DNA of 64,000 nucleotides from IMG/VR virus record IMGVR_UViG_3300034072_000758, positions 186,001 through 250,000 of that record; one strand, 5' to 3'. Below the pieces are notes generated by a model, which was not told the DNA's origin, made no database searches, and saw only the letters and a program-made list of their open reading frames with translations. Each line of letters begins with the position of its first letter. The first letter of the stretch is position 1. Position numbers and translations under genes: made by a program. This document shows, in pieces, positions 47,002 through 56,451 of the stretch.

Positions 47002-47856
47002 ATGACTTCTTCTAAAGACCTTGATAAGTATTACACTAAAGCCCCGGTCGCGCAACAGTGCTACGAATGGATGAAACCCTTCGTATCAGATAACACACTG
47101 TATATTGAGCCTTCGGCTGGGGCTGGTGCTTTTCTTAGCGTGGTCAAACCCGAAGCTGAGATAATTGGTTTCGATCTTGTTCCCGAAGGGTCGGGCATCA
47201 TTCAGTGCGACTACACGCTTACGGACGTTAGATCGTACCTGACGCCAGAACAAAACGCCAAGAACATAGTTTGTATAGGCAACCCACCCTTCGGGAAAAA
47301 GGCGAAGCTGGCTATTAATTTCGTCAATAAGTCTTTGAATGACTTCGGCTTAGTTGGGTTCATCTTACCAATTCAATTTAGAAAATGGTCGGCCCAAAAG
47401 CACATCATCCCAGACGGTCGCCTTATCCTCGATAACACTCTCCCAGAGGATTCGTTCGAGCTTGACGGGAAGACCTATAAGGTTCGATGTTCGTTTCAGC
47501 TATGGTCTTTGGCTCACCCTGAGTACGCCGATCTGCGCATGAGGGGGAAGCCGGAAACGACACACCCGGACTTTGACATGTGGCAATTCAATAGAACCCT
47601 CGAAGCTGAGAAGTTCTTTGATTACGATTGGGACTTCGCTGTCCCTCGTCAAGGGTATCAAGACTATACTTTCAAGGCGACTGATAAGAGTCAGTGCGAC
47701 CGTAAGAAACAATGGATTTTCTTCAAGGCAAAAACAGAAGAGGCTTTGGAGAATTTGCGGAACTTGGATTTCGTTGCTTTGTCATTGAAGAACACCGGCA
47801 TACCGGGCTTCGGTAAGGCTGATGTCGTGGAAATGTATCAAAGTAAATACGAATAA
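47002..47856 (+). CDS. N6-adenine DNA methyltransferase-like protein
   Basis: DKYYT, IEPSAGAGAF (motif I), IGNPPFG (motif IV). Confidence 0.85.
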   Translation: MTSSKDLDKYYTKAPVAQQCYEWMKPFVSDNTLYIEPSAGAGAFLSVVKPEAEIIGFDLVPEGSGIIQCDYTLTDVRSYLTPEQNAKNIVCIGNPPFGKKAKLAINFVNKSLNDFGLVGFILPIQFRKWSAQKHIIPDGRLILDNTLPEDSFELDGKTYKVRCSFQLWSLAHPEYADLRMRGKPETTHPDFDMWQFNRTLEAEKFFDYDWDFAVPRQGYQDYTFKATDKSQCDRKKQWIFFKAKTEEALENLRNLDFVALSLKNTGIPGFGKADVVEMYQSKYE

Positions 47857-47913
47857 AATTGATTCAATCCATTTTGTTGGGATATGGTTAATGAAAGATA
47901 AAGGATCATCTTC

Positions 47914-48564
47914 ATGTTTAACCTAACCTACAAAAAATCCAGAATCCAAGTGTTCTTCTCTCTCGCCAGAGAAATTCGCCTTCCGGTAGGAAGCGGCTCG
48001 AACAGCACCAAGCATGAAGCTATGGTTCATGACTGTCTTAAGAAGGCTGGATATATTGAAAGTAAGAGCACCCTCACCACCAAGCAAAAGAAGGACTACA
48101 AGGCCGGTCTGAGGATTGATTGTCCCGTGGCGGTCGGTGAGTTCGTAGCGCAGCCCTATGGCCCTCAGAACAACCCGGATTTCATTGTCAATGATCCTAC
48201 CCTTGGTCTGATCAGCATCGAAGCCAAAAGCTCTCAGCAAAAGTATCCGACATACAATTCTGGTTACCCGTCCCCGGAAGTTATTTACGTTTTCACATCG
48301 ACACACAAGAGTATCGGCCCAAATCAAACTGTCCTGTTCCTTGGGGCCGACGCCCTAACCCCGGAACAGCGCGAGATCATCAAGATTGCCAATGAAGAAA
48401 TGAAGGAATACGTGGCGAACGTGAATAGCCAACTTCGCGGATTGGGCGATATGCTGATCTACCCCCGCGTTCAGTTACAGGCGTCCAAAAGCAACTACTT
48501 CCGATCTGACTTTGGATCGATTTTCGCTTCGCAATACGGCACTGAAACACGAGCAATCGCCTAA
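47914..48564 (+). CDS. PD-(D/E)xK nuclease, putative restriction endonuclease
   Basis: QPYGPQNNPDFIV..IEAKS..PTYNSG; directly downstream of the MTase. Confidence 0.7.
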   Translation: MFNLTYKKSRIQVFFSLAREIRLPVGSGSNSTKHEAMVHDCLKKAGYIESKSTLTTKQKKDYKAGLRIDCPVAVGEFVAQPYGPQNNPDFIVNDPTLGLISIEAKSSQQKYPTYNSGYPSPEVIYVFTSTHKSIGPNQTVLFLGADALTPEQREIIKIANEEMKEYVANVNSQLRGLGDMLIYPRVQLQASKSNYFRSDFGSIFASQYGTETRAIA

Positions 48565-49019
48565 TGGACCAAGTGGCCTTCGAGAAAATCTTGAATAAAG
48601 TGTTCAACGAAGCTGAGTTCACATACGTCGAGTATGACGATGAACTTGAAGGTCACGGCTTCCACCATCTTATCTTGATGTCGGTAACTAAACCCCTCGT
48701 TCAGAACGCCTACTATAAGCGATTCAAGTACGGCGGCAAACTCATTGAAATAAGGGCGCTCGTGGACGTAAAGAACTCCACGGTCCCCAATCGCACAACT
48801 AAGCTGGCTGAGTTTGTTTTCAAGTTCAACGATCAATACGTCATCACGATGTCGATGACACAAGATTATAAATGGATCGGCGCTGGCTCAGTAACGCCCC
48901 TTAGATACAATCTAGGCGGCGGCGAAATGATCACATACATGGTTCCTAGCGGAATAGTGCTATCGGACGACCGGGTGTTGGACGAGCTTACAGAGGCCGT
49001 TCTATACCTTACTACGTAA
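48564..49019 (+). CDS. CT-motif family protein
   Basis: Ends LSDDRVLDELTEAVLYLTT. Confidence 0.75.
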   Translation: MDQVAFEKILNKVFNEAEFTYVEYDDELEGHGFHHLILMSVTKPLVQNAYYKRFKYGGKLIEIRALVDVKNSTVPNRTTKLAEFVFKFNDQYVITMSMTQDYKWIGAGSVTPLRYNLGGGEMITYMVPSGIVLSDDRVLDELTEAVLYLTT

Positions 49020-49550
49020 TATCTCTGTGGTGAGCATCTGTTCGATCTCTTCGTCGGTATATTCCTGAGAATAGAACACTAGCGTAGATGTTTCTGGTGT
49101 AGGATCGCAATGATAACGACCCGAATTGATCACGAATAGGTCGGCGAGAAGATAATCCAGACGCAGCCGGATAAGAACAGAAAACTCATTTCTGAGCTTG
49201 AGTTGTATTTCGAATGTGTCGGGGTCTTCGTTCTCGTCATAATGAATTATGCCTTTAACAAAAGCATCCCCCACATACATGGTGTAGGATCGCCCTATCA
49301 CGTCCCATCCACCCTCTATATTGTTATCGAGAATGGAGGTGGAGTTTGGTTTAAAGATGGCATAGACCTGATTATAAAAATCTACCCAGAATTTCGGGCG
49401 GACTTCTTTTCGAATAAAGGTCATAGGATAATCCTCATCGGGGATGCTATCGGTATCTAGCGTATCAAGAGATTTACTGTGCGCCAAGTAAATTTGAGCA
49501 CAATTTGTAATTCTTAGAGCCAACAATGGGTCAAAAAATTTTGTCATCAC
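49002..49550 (-). CDS. CT-motif family protein
   Basis: Internal RPKFWVDFY; ends YTDEEIEQMLTTEILRSKV. Confidence 0.8.
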   Translation of the reverse strand: MMTKFFDPLLALRITNCAQIYLAHSKSLDTLDTDSIPDEDYPMTFIRKEVRPKFWVDFYNQVYAIFKPNSTSILDNNIEGGWDVIGRSYTMYVGDAFVKGIIHYDENEDPDTFEIQLKLRNEFSVLIRLRLDYLLADLFVINSGRYHCDPTPETSTLVFYSQEYTDEEIEQMLTTEILRSKV

Positions 49551-49554
49551 ACAC

Positions 49555-49582
49555 CAGATACATTGTTACAAAGAATTGTCAA
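49555..49582 (-). promoter_or_regulatory. sigma70-like early promoter
   Basis: TTGACA-N16-TATCTG. Confidence 0.55.
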
Positions 49583-49644
49583 CAGGTTAATTGAAATGAC
49601 ATGAAAATTATAGTAAATAATGTTGCAACACAACATAGGAAAAA

Positions 49645-49836
49645 ATGAAAATGTCTAAAGCACTAATATTTGCGGTTATCGCAGCAGTCATGGCTTTTAT
49701 TGCCATCGTGTTGACTGGAAAGATTTCTATAGCCTTCATGATCGGCGCACTGTTCTTCTCTGGTCTTTCTCTGGTCTGTCGCTTCCATGACGATGTGACC
49801 AAATCTTATATCCCCGGAATGGATCGTCATTACTAA
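49645..49836 (+). CDS. small membrane protein
   Basis: Two hydrophobic helices. Confidence 0.65.
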   Translation: MKMSKALIFAVIAAVMAFIAIVLTGKISIAFMIGALFFSGLSLVCRFHDDVTKSYIPGMDRHY

Positions 49837-49864
49837 AAAAAGCCGCTTATCTAGCGGCCTTTTT
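49835..49864. terminator. bidirectional terminator
   Basis: A6-GCCGCT/AGCGGC-T tract between convergent genes. Confidence 0.75.
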
Positions 49865-49870
49865 CTTTAC

Positions 49871-50068
49871 CTAATCATCGTGCCTTAGTAAAACAGACAT
49901 GGCGTCATCATGTGTGATACGCTCACCTCGTAACGCTTTTTGTCGAACTCGTTCATAACGAGCATCACTACAGCGCCATAGCCTTGTCATATAATGAAAT
50001 GCGATTATAATACTAGCAATACTGGCCATAAGCAAAATGGCTAGGATGATTTTAATAAAAACAATCAT
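49871..50068 (-). CDS. small membrane protein
   Basis: N-terminal TM helix. Confidence 0.6.
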   Translation of the reverse strand: MIVFIKIILAILLMASIASIIIAFHYMTRLWRCSDARYERVRQKALRGERITHDDAMSVLLRHDD

Positions 50069-50595
50069 GGCTTCACAAATAACCTAAGTGGGTTCAGTAG
50101 ACCGTATGGTCTTTCTGTATTTACTCTCCATTCGACCGGTTCGTAATATCCATGCTCATATAATTCTAAATGAAGCATGGACATCGGACGACCCTTATCC
50201 GTTGTAAGTACCTTGGCAACGTGACCTAATAACTCACCTTCTTCAATCAGTTGTCCGACTTTCTTATCGCTTTGACATAAGAGTTCGCCGTAATTTATGA
50301 CGCCACTATCACCCTGAACCATAATGAACTGCGTGGAACCCCACCAAGGACTATCGGCTTCCGGCCCGGTGAACCAACCCATGTTGACAATCATCCCCGG
50401 CTCAATAGCGTAAACTGGATCGCCTTCTTGAGCGTACAGGTCGATACCTTCGTGAGTATGGAATTTGCGGATGGTTCCGAACGCGCCTACGTGATCACCA
50501 GTCGGTATCTCGACTTCGGTGGCGATGTCGATCTCTTTGAAGCTATCGCTATCAAAGGTGAAGCCGATGAAGATTTTGTCCAGAGGTAAAATCAT
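50065..50595 (-). CDS. M23 (LytM-type) metallopeptidase
   Basis: HEGIDL (HxxxD), VYAIEPG, MLHLEL. Confidence 0.8.
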   Translation of the reverse strand: MILPLDKIFIGFTFDSDSFKEIDIATEVEIPTGDHVGAFGTIRKFHTHEGIDLYAQEGDPVYAIEPGMIVNMGWFTGPEADSPWWGSTQFIMVQGDSGVINYGELLCQSDKKVGQLIEEGELLGHVAKVLTTDKGRPMSMLHLELYEHGYYEPVEWRVNTERPYGLLNPLRLFVKP

Positions 50596-50900
50596 ATCAC
50601 TTGTAGATATATGGCCATCAGATAATTGTCCAGAGTTTCCTCAGACAATCCGGGGTAAGTCGCATATACAAAATCTAAGACACTCCCATTAGCATGGACG
50701 GACAAACCAATATGGAAAACCCCCGGCACCATAAAATCGTATCGGACGGAATTTGGGAAACTTGAAGTGGCTCCACAAATACCAATTTTCTTTGATTCTT
50801 CATTAACAACGAACGGATAATACACCAGATTGAAGCCGTTACCTTTGGACTTAAAAAGGTTTACCCATATTTCTGGTTTGAACTTGCTTTCGAAATTCAT
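50592..50900 (-). CDS. CT-motif family small protein
   Basis: FKPEIWVNLF; ends LSEETLDNYLMAIYLQVI. Confidence 0.85.
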   Translation of the reverse strand: MNFESKFKPEIWVNLFKSKGNGFNLVYYPFVVNEESKKIGICGATSSFPNSVRYDFMVPGVFHIGLSVHANGSVLDFVYATYPGLSEETLDNYLMAIYLQVI

Positions 50901-51244
50901 GGTATCCGATTAGCTAATGCTTTAATGTTCTCGAACTTCGAACCATAATACTCGCGGCATCGCTCATCGGCGCATAGCTTTATATAGTCAACGATCTTGT
51001 CTTTTTTGATCTTGGTGATACCACAATGTCTGATGCTACAGGAGCCAACCCCAGCCGCCCCTTCAACAAAGGGTGTTTGTCGAGCATTAGAAAATAAGCT
51101 GATGCCGTCAATAACGCCTTCTTCATAACTTACGTGTACGGCGACGTTGAGGTCATACGAGCAATCCTCGTAGTAATCTCCCACCTTGATGCGACCGTTA
51201 CCCCAACAAGCCTCGAAGGCTGCTTTAAATTCTTCATCGGTCAT
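50897..51244 (-). CDS. hypothetical protein
   Basis: Coupled ORF with GDYYEDC and CSIRHCG. Confidence 0.7.
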   Translation of the reverse strand: MTDEEFKAAFEACWGNGRIKVGDYYEDCSYDLNVAVHVSYEEGVIDGISLFSNARQTPFVEGAAGVGSCSIRHCGITKIKKDKIVDYIKLCADERCREYYGSKFENIKALANRIP

Positions 51245-51540
51245 AGCTTCAATTTCAATTCGGCAATCGTCTCTTCGTATTCAGCAATACGCTTACGAAT
51301 GGCTTCTTTTGCCAGACGTTCTTCGTCTTTGCGTTTATGCTCGACATACCATTGACGTATATCATCACAAGTAATACCGGCTGAGGCGTCGTCAATCTCG
51401 TCAATTACGCTGACATCAACGCCAATCACAGCGCAGAGCATCGCTTCAAGCTTATTGATTTCATCGGCGTGTTGAGCCTTGAGCTTCGATGTCTCGTCTC
51501 TATGATAATCAGCCGGATCGTAATCGTTTCTACAGCCCAT
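51241..51540 (-). CDS. hypothetical phage protein
   Basis: MGCRND start; LEAMLCAV; C-terminal coiled coil. Confidence 0.7.
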   Translation of the reverse strand: MGCRNDYDPADYHRDETSKLKAQHADEINKLEAMLCAVIGVDVSVIDEIDDASAGITCDDIRQWYVEHKRKDEERLAKEAIRKRIAEYEETIAELKLKL

Positions 51541-51631
51541 GATACATTCTCCAATTTACGGAAAGGTATCATTAACCACGATTTAGGTCAATATATTAGT
51601 GACAGTGTTACGACCATCATCATTAAAATAA

Positions 51632-51656
51632 TAAAGCCGCCTCATGGGCGGCTTTA
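51632..51656. terminator. terminator hairpin downstream of the tRNA
   Basis: TAAAGCCGCC/GGCGGCTTTA. Confidence 0.75.
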
Positions 51657-51659
51657 TAT

Positions 51660-51742
51660 TGGTGGGCTTGGTCGGACTCGAACCGACACTCCGAAGAAAC
51701 AGATTTTGAGTCTGTCGCGTATACCAATTTCGCCACAAGCCC
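51660..51742 (-). tRNA. tRNA-Leu(CAA)
   Basis: GGGCTTG acceptor stem, D loop TTGGTAT, ACAGA-CTCAAAA-TCTGT anticodon arm, variable arm, GGTTCGAGTCC, encoded CCA. Confidence 0.95.
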
Positions 51743-51809
51743 GTAGAAACAATATAAACGAGCCGTCATCCCAACGTCAATTTTAATTTTATCTTTTCCA
51801 CAGTCAGGA

Positions 51810-51837
51810 TTGACAAATAAAATTGTTCGTGTATTGA
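51810..51837 (+). promoter_or_regulatory. sigma70-like early promoter
   Basis: TTGACA-N16-TATTGA followed by a GGAGGG RBS. Confidence 0.65.
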
Positions 51838-51863
51838 TAAAGATTAAATTTGGAGGGATTAAC

Positions 51864-52241
51864 ATGTTTAGAAAAGCGTCACCTGAATTTCCGAAGCTTC
51901 TGGTCTTCAACGAGAAGCATGGCGACCGCCGCTACCTGATCAACTCTAAGGAAGACGCACTGAAAGCCTTCCGTGAGGTGTTCAATCAGCGTCTCAATGA
52001 AGGTTATTGGTATGATGATCAGGACATGATCAAGATCAATACGTATTTCCAGAACGCGCAGAAGAAAGTCGATGCTGGTACTATGCCAGCGGACAACATC
52101 GAATACGCCGTTCTTCAAACCTTTATGAAGTACAGGTCCAGCGGCGAATACGAGAACTTCGAGTTCATCGATTTCGATGTTCCCGAAGAAACCAAGCCTC
52201 TGGAAAATCCGAAGGTCGGACGCGACATCATCACACTCTGA
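51864..52241 (+). CDS. hypothetical protein
   Basis: Start moved to MFRKASPEF after the RBS. Confidence 0.75.
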   Translation: MFRKASPEFPKLLVFNEKHGDRRYLINSKEDALKAFREVFNQRLNEGYWYDDQDMIKINTYFQNAQKKVDAGTMPADNIEYAVLQTFMKYRSSGEYENFEFIDFDVPEETKPLENPKVGRDIITL

Positions 52242-52299
52242 TATTTCTTGAGTTGGGATTAATTTTGTGTTAAAGTTAATCCCTGTTCAGGAGTATGTA

Positions 52300-52689
52300 A
52301 TGATAAGTCGTGATTTTGTGTATTGGCTTCAAGGATTCTTCGAGATTTCAGAAGCCACAGGTGATGTCGATGCCGTCACCCTAACTGCCGCTCAAGCAGA
52401 CATGGTGCGTAAGCATCTGTCGCTGGTTGTGGAATATGAAACCAACCCCACCCTACCATTCGTTCAGTGGTTGATCGGTTTCATGGACGCCGCAAAAACC
52501 CCCGACAAGGCACAGGTCGAGACAATCCGAGCGAAGCTCAACGATGTTTTCAAGCATGTGATCGACCCGCCGATGGGCGATGCCAAGAAGCAAAAGAAGC
52601 TGAATGAAATTCATTCGCCGCATCCATTCCAAGGCCCACAAAAGGGTCAGATCGATACCAATCCGGGGGATTTTGTAGTACGCTGCTGA
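52300..52689 (+). CDS. hypothetical phage protein with an internal duplication
   Basis: FVYWLQGFFE / FVQWLIGFMD; CAGGAG RBS. Confidence 0.8.
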   Translation: MISRDFVYWLQGFFEISEATGDVDAVTLTAAQADMVRKHLSLVVEYETNPTLPFVQWLIGFMDAAKTPDKAQVETIRAKLNDVFKHVIDPPMGDAKKQKKLNEIHSPHPFQGPQKGQIDTNPGDFVVRC

Positions 52690-53048
52690 TGATTGTTCCT
52701 GTCGAAATGATTGTTAAGGCGCTTCTCACTTTGAAGCCGTATATACAGGTGGCGGATTTTCCGCCGCCGAATATGCGTTTTAATAATGCTGGCTTACTGG
52801 AAATCGATCCGACTTGTACTACTATGCGAACAGAGTTAGGTAAGATAGAGGTCGGGTTACGCTATAGTAGCGTCCAAAGCTTTTGGTTCATAGAAGAGAT
52901 AATCTTTTCTGACTATCGTATAAAGCAATCATCGCCATCCCATCATTTTTCTGGTACGGATTTTGTTATTGAATGTGAAACGGGTGAACCCGATCTCGAA
53001 GAAGCATTCTTAAAACTGTATCTTCTATTACCAGCATTGGAACAATAA
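52689..53048 (+). CDS. CT-motif family small protein
   Basis: Ends GEPDLEEAFLKLYLLLPALEQ. Confidence 0.8.
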   Translation: MIVPVEMIVKALLTLKPYIQVADFPPPNMRFNNAGLLEIDPTCTTMRTELGKIEVGLRYSSVQSFWFIEEIIFSDYRIKQSSPSHHFSGTDFVIECETGEPDLEEAFLKLYLLLPALEQ

Positions 53049-53281
53049 TGTTCTCTATTCAAGTCTCCAAATTCGATTACACCAAGGGTCGTTACGCTCC
53101 CGAAAAAACTGTCGCTAAAGACATCAAGACCTATGAAGCCGCTGTAAAACGTGCTAAAAGATATACGGTTGTTCAAGATCATCCGTCGCATGTTCTTATA
53201 ACAGAAGAGGGTACGAGCAATCGCACACGGGTTCCCGTTCATGGCGAACCTACACGCAATTTCTGGCTTCTGGGTGGCTAA
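53048..53281 (+). CDS. hypothetical protein
   Basis: TAATG coupling at both ends. Confidence 0.7.
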   Translation: MFSIQVSKFDYTKGRYAPEKTVAKDIKTYEAAVKRAKRYTVVQDHPSHVLITEEGTSNRTRVPVHGEPTRNFWLLGG

Positions 53282-53598
53282 TGGGTTCCCGCTACAATTA
53301 CGAGAAACAGTCCGGTGCCATTGCTCAAAAATGGAAAGATACCGTCGCTAAATTCACGAATGGTGAGACCGTAAAAGGTATCATCACCGGCATCTATACC
53401 GGTAAATTCGGCGGTAAGAACAACCTGATGCTTCTCGTGTCCGTGGACAATACCTTTTCCGCAATCCTCCAAACTAATGAGCCGTATGATTCTCGCCCTG
53501 ACCTAGCTATGTTTCGAGGTCGGGAGTTTGATTTCACCATCAAAAAAGTTCGTGGGCCGTCCTGCGAATCTCGTCTCGTCCTAGACTTCCCATCATAA
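53281..53598 (+). CDS. S1/OB-fold-like protein
   Basis: GETVKGIITGI..LLVSVD..SAILQ..GREFDFTIKKV pattern. Confidence 0.5.
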   Translation: MGSRYNYEKQSGAIAQKWKDTVAKFTNGETVKGIITGIYTGKFGGKNNLMLLVSVDNTFSAILQTNEPYDSRPDLAMFRGREFDFTIKKVRGPSCESRLVLDFPS

Positions 53599-53607
53599 GG
53601 AACGCAC

Positions 53608-54660
53608 ATGCTCGTAGAACTCAGCCCTGAGCTTAAAGAAGCTCCCATTCGCCAGTCTAGCTTTCACGGCTTGACCAATGATCTGAAACACGCCCTTGGT
53701 GTGAATTACAACGCTTCGATCCATGTTCTCCATACACCTTCGGAAGAAGGCGTAATGTCGGTGTCCGAAGGTTTCCTCAACATCATGAGCAAATCATATT
53801 CGTCGCATTATGCGCTGCGCATTTCTCCGCACGATGTCTGGTTTATCGTTCTGACCGAGATCGCCGCCCTGATCAACAAGAACGCAGAAGCCTGTCGCTC
53901 ACTCTTCACCAAGTCGGCGGAAAATATCGTCATCGCTGTCGAAACGAATGACATCACCAAGATCGATCTGAACAAAGTCGAAGCCCAGCTTCGTGAACTG
54001 GTTCCGGTGGACATCGATCAATTTCTGCCTGAGTTTTCAACCATCACCCCAGCGGCTCGCTACGCCTGTCTCGCAGCCTTCTGTGACGGCGTGAGCCAAT
54101 ACTACAGCTACATGACCTTCTGCTGCGGCCTCAAGGCCATCCACATCGACGGTACGGTCAATGATTGGGCTTTGCTCAACGAACGGGCCGAAGACATGGC
54201 AGTCCTGTTCCAAGGCGTTGGTATCGACATCACGGAATGGATGGGTCGCGTCCAAGCCGTCGCCCTGCGCTTCATTAAGGCGCTCAACGGTGATTCTACT
54301 GATATGATCGACATCTTCTCACAAAAGAATGTCGGTTCCGGTGGTCAGAAAGAAATCAGCGGATGGTTCAAAGACATCTTCCAAAAGCCAGCTTCGCAAC
54401 TCGACCATTTCCCGAATGCTTGGGCGAAGGTCACGTACAAGAACATTGAAACCCAGATGGAGTTTACCGGCATCCACGGTTGCTTCCTGATGAAGCAAGA
54501 CGAAGCTGGGACGGTCTATGGTGATTACGGCGAGATCGTGTGCTACGCTGAACAACTCTCCGACGAAGACCTCAAAGGGTTGGAGTGGAACGAGCGTCAC
54601 CGCAAGACAGGCTTGCTTCAAGGCTACACCCCTGCCCCTGCGCCGGACGACAACGTATAA
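53608..54660 (+). CDS. DUF4419-family protein
   Basis: SYSSHYALRISPHDVWF..FSTIT..MTFCCGLKAIHIDGTVNDW. Confidence 0.75.
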   Translation: MLVELSPELKEAPIRQSSFHGLTNDLKHALGVNYNASIHVLHTPSEEGVMSVSEGFLNIMSKSYSSHYALRISPHDVWFIVLTEIAALINKNAEACRSLFTKSAENIVIAVETNDITKIDLNKVEAQLRELVPVDIDQFLPEFSTITPAARYACLAAFCDGVSQYYSYMTFCCGLKAIHIDGTVNDWALLNERAEDMAVLFQGVGIDITEWMGRVQAVALRFIKALNGDSTDMIDIFSQKNVGSGGQKEISGWFKDIFQKPASQLDHFPNAWAKVTYKNIETQMEFTGIHGCFLMKQDEAGTVYGDYGEIVCYAEQLSDEDLKGLEWNERHRKTGLLQGYTPAPAPDDNV

Positions 54661-55013
54661 TGCTCGAAGGAGTCGAAATATCCGCGCGATTTGCTACCCT
54701 TCTTGATCGTCATTTTCAAGAACGGGATCGGGCAGGGGAAGACCTTCCGTATTGGTCGATCCCCTTGAAGTTCGGATGTTTCGACTTCACCATTGAATAT
54801 TTTCGAAACGAGGGTCGTTTCTATCTCGATAGAGCAACGGACGGCGATCTGATTATCTATTTCGATTATGCTCACGGAATAAATCATCCGATCTATAAAC
54901 AGGTTCCCGACGAAAAGGAACTGATGGTCACGTGCCGTTTCTATACGGATGACAACGACGAAATACTGATCAAGATGGCTTTGGGGATGAGTGAGACTCC
55001 TATGTTCGCCTAA
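54660..55013 (+). CDS. CT-motif family small protein
   Basis: Start moved to MLEGVEI (TAATG overlap); DDNDEILIKMALGM near the end. Confidence 0.75.
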   Translation: MLEGVEISARFATLLDRHFQERDRAGEDLPYWSIPLKFGCFDFTIEYFRNEGRFYLDRATDGDLIIYFDYAHGINHPIYKQVPDEKELMVTCRFYTDDNDEILIKMALGMSETPMFA

Positions 55014-55016
55014 ATA
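55011..55016 (+). promoter_or_regulatory. T4-like late promoter core
   Basis: TAAATA-gggt-ATG. Confidence 0.45.
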
Positions 55017-55020
55017 GGGT

Positions 55021-55368
55021 ATGGACAAAAAGCCTTCCCGAATGAGAATAGAGAAGTGTCGGCGTCTAGCCACACTTATCAATCGAGTGCGTCATCCAGA
55101 ATTTGACATATTTGAGTATTGGGAAACTCCCGATAAAGAACGACAAATCATATACAAAGACTATCTCGAACAGGTAGCTGAACTCCAAACATATTATGAT
55201 GCCAACTTTGTTAAAAGCGAGCTTTGGGATCGAATGTCAGATGAAAAGCGTAAAGCCGAATGGCTTAAAGTCGATGATGTGCTCGACGCCGAACAAATCA
55301 CCTACAAGCATATATTAGGCTTATCTTCGTTTGCTATCAACGCGCTAGTTAATACGGTATTTTACTGA
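55021..55368 (+). CDS. hypothetical protein
   Basis: 115 aa ORF after TAAATA. Confidence 0.65.
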   Translation: MDKKPSRMRIEKCRRLATLINRVRHPEFDIFEYWETPDKERQIIYKDYLEQVAELQTYYDANFVKSELWDRMSDEKRKAEWLKVDDVLDAEQITYKHILGLSSFAINALVNTVFY

Positions 55369-55621
55369 GATATTCTTTCAAATCATCGGGGAACTTTGTT
55401 ACCGGGCATTCCATGTCCTTCCCCATAACATATATACCGTCTACTTTGTAAGCATAACCCACGAAACCGTCACCTTCGACCGACGCTAAAGCTGAGTAAT
55501 CATTATATTTCCAATAATAGGAAACCTCGTTCTCGGCCACGTTCGGGCTAATGTGTGGGCGCAACTTCAATCCCCGCATCGTGCGTTCGAACAAAAAAGC
55601 ATCCATTTCAACCGGGGTCAT
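55349..55621 (-). CDS. hypothetical protein
   Basis: ATGA-coupled ORF. Confidence 0.7.
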   Translation of the reverse strand: MTPVEMDAFLFERTMRGLKLRPHISPNVAENEVSYYWKYNDYSALASVEGDGFVGYAYKVDGIYVMGKDMECPVTKFPDDLKEYLSKIPY

Positions 55622-55959
55622 CTTGCCTTACCTTCGGCTATCAAGGTGGCAATCATCAAGAACTCTTCCAATGACCCCGGTTCTTGCAAAGGACTTTCCG
55701 GGTTAGACCATCTTTGATCGAGGATAGTATATGTAGGATTCGGATTGGTGGTTTCAAAGATACGCATGCATACCTTCAAATGTAGATTACGATCACAAAA
55801 GAAATCCACGACATTATCTTCGATTCTTTGCCCCATACTTTGACAAAAGAATTTGATTAACCATTCATGTCCGGCGTATTCAAGAGTGAAATCCGCATTT
55901 ATAGATGCGAGCTTCCAATATCGTTGAAAGATGCCATTTAACAAATCTGGATTTATCAT
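55618..55959 (-). CDS. CT-motif family small protein
   Basis: Ends PGSLEEFLMIATLIAEGKAR. Confidence 0.8.
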   Translation of the reverse strand: MINPDLLNGIFQRYWKLASINADFTLEYAGHEWLIKFFCQSMGQRIEDNVVDFFCDRNLHLKVCMRIFETTNPNPTYTILDQRWSNPESPLQEPGSLEEFLMIATLIAEGKAR

Positions 55960-56426
55960 TGGAGTAATGCCAGTTTAAATATATAGTCTTCGGCTTTTTC
56001 TTGATCATATATAGCGTAAATATTATTATTGCCGCCCGCCGCCCGTATATCTTCGTTGAAGTGCGTGTGATCATAATCGTCATGTCTCAAAATAAATTTG
56101 TCCTCGGTCGATATTCTGTTTTTCAATCTGAATATGCGTATATGTAAAGCAAATATACCGGGTACATAGAAGCTAAGTCCGGTTCCGCTACCTTTTTCTG
56201 GACAAGAGATATAGGACACTCGTATCCTTAACGCTTTCAAAGGATCATCTTCGTTCTCTATTACAAAATGAAGTTCGGCTCCGCGTCCATACTTATCTCC
56301 CCCGGTACGATGGGAAAATTTGGCGCTTTTAACCAATCGCATCCAGAACATCGCATCATGGAAAATAGGAAGGGTCATATTGACAGCTTGACAACATATG
56401 GATTTATGGTAGATTGATCCTATCAC
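55956..56426 (-). CDS. CT-motif family protein, DxxFW N-terminus
   Basis: FHDAMFWMRLVKSA; ends YDQEKAEDYIFKLALLQ. Confidence 0.8.
   Translation of the reverse strand: MIGSIYHKSICCQAVNMTLPIFHDAMFWMRLVKSAKFSHRTGGDKYGRGAELHFVIENEDDPLKALRIRVSYISCPEKGSGTGLSFYVPGIFALHIRIFRLKNRISTEDKFILRHDDYDHTHFNEDIRAAGGNNNIYAIYDQEKAEDYIFKLALLQ
56388..56415 (+). promoter_or_regulatory. sigma70-like early promoter
   Basis: TTGACA-N16-TAGATT, with a second TTGACA 8 nt upstream. Confidence 0.65.
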
Positions 56427-56451
56427 AAAATATCACGGAAGGTAAATTGAA

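Noticed and set aside
47002-47856. MTase as the cognate partner of the EcoRV homologue
   Set aside because: M.EcoRV is a Dam-family DPPY enzyme. This one is an NPPF type with its own adjacent nuclease, 11 kb away; not excluded experimentally.
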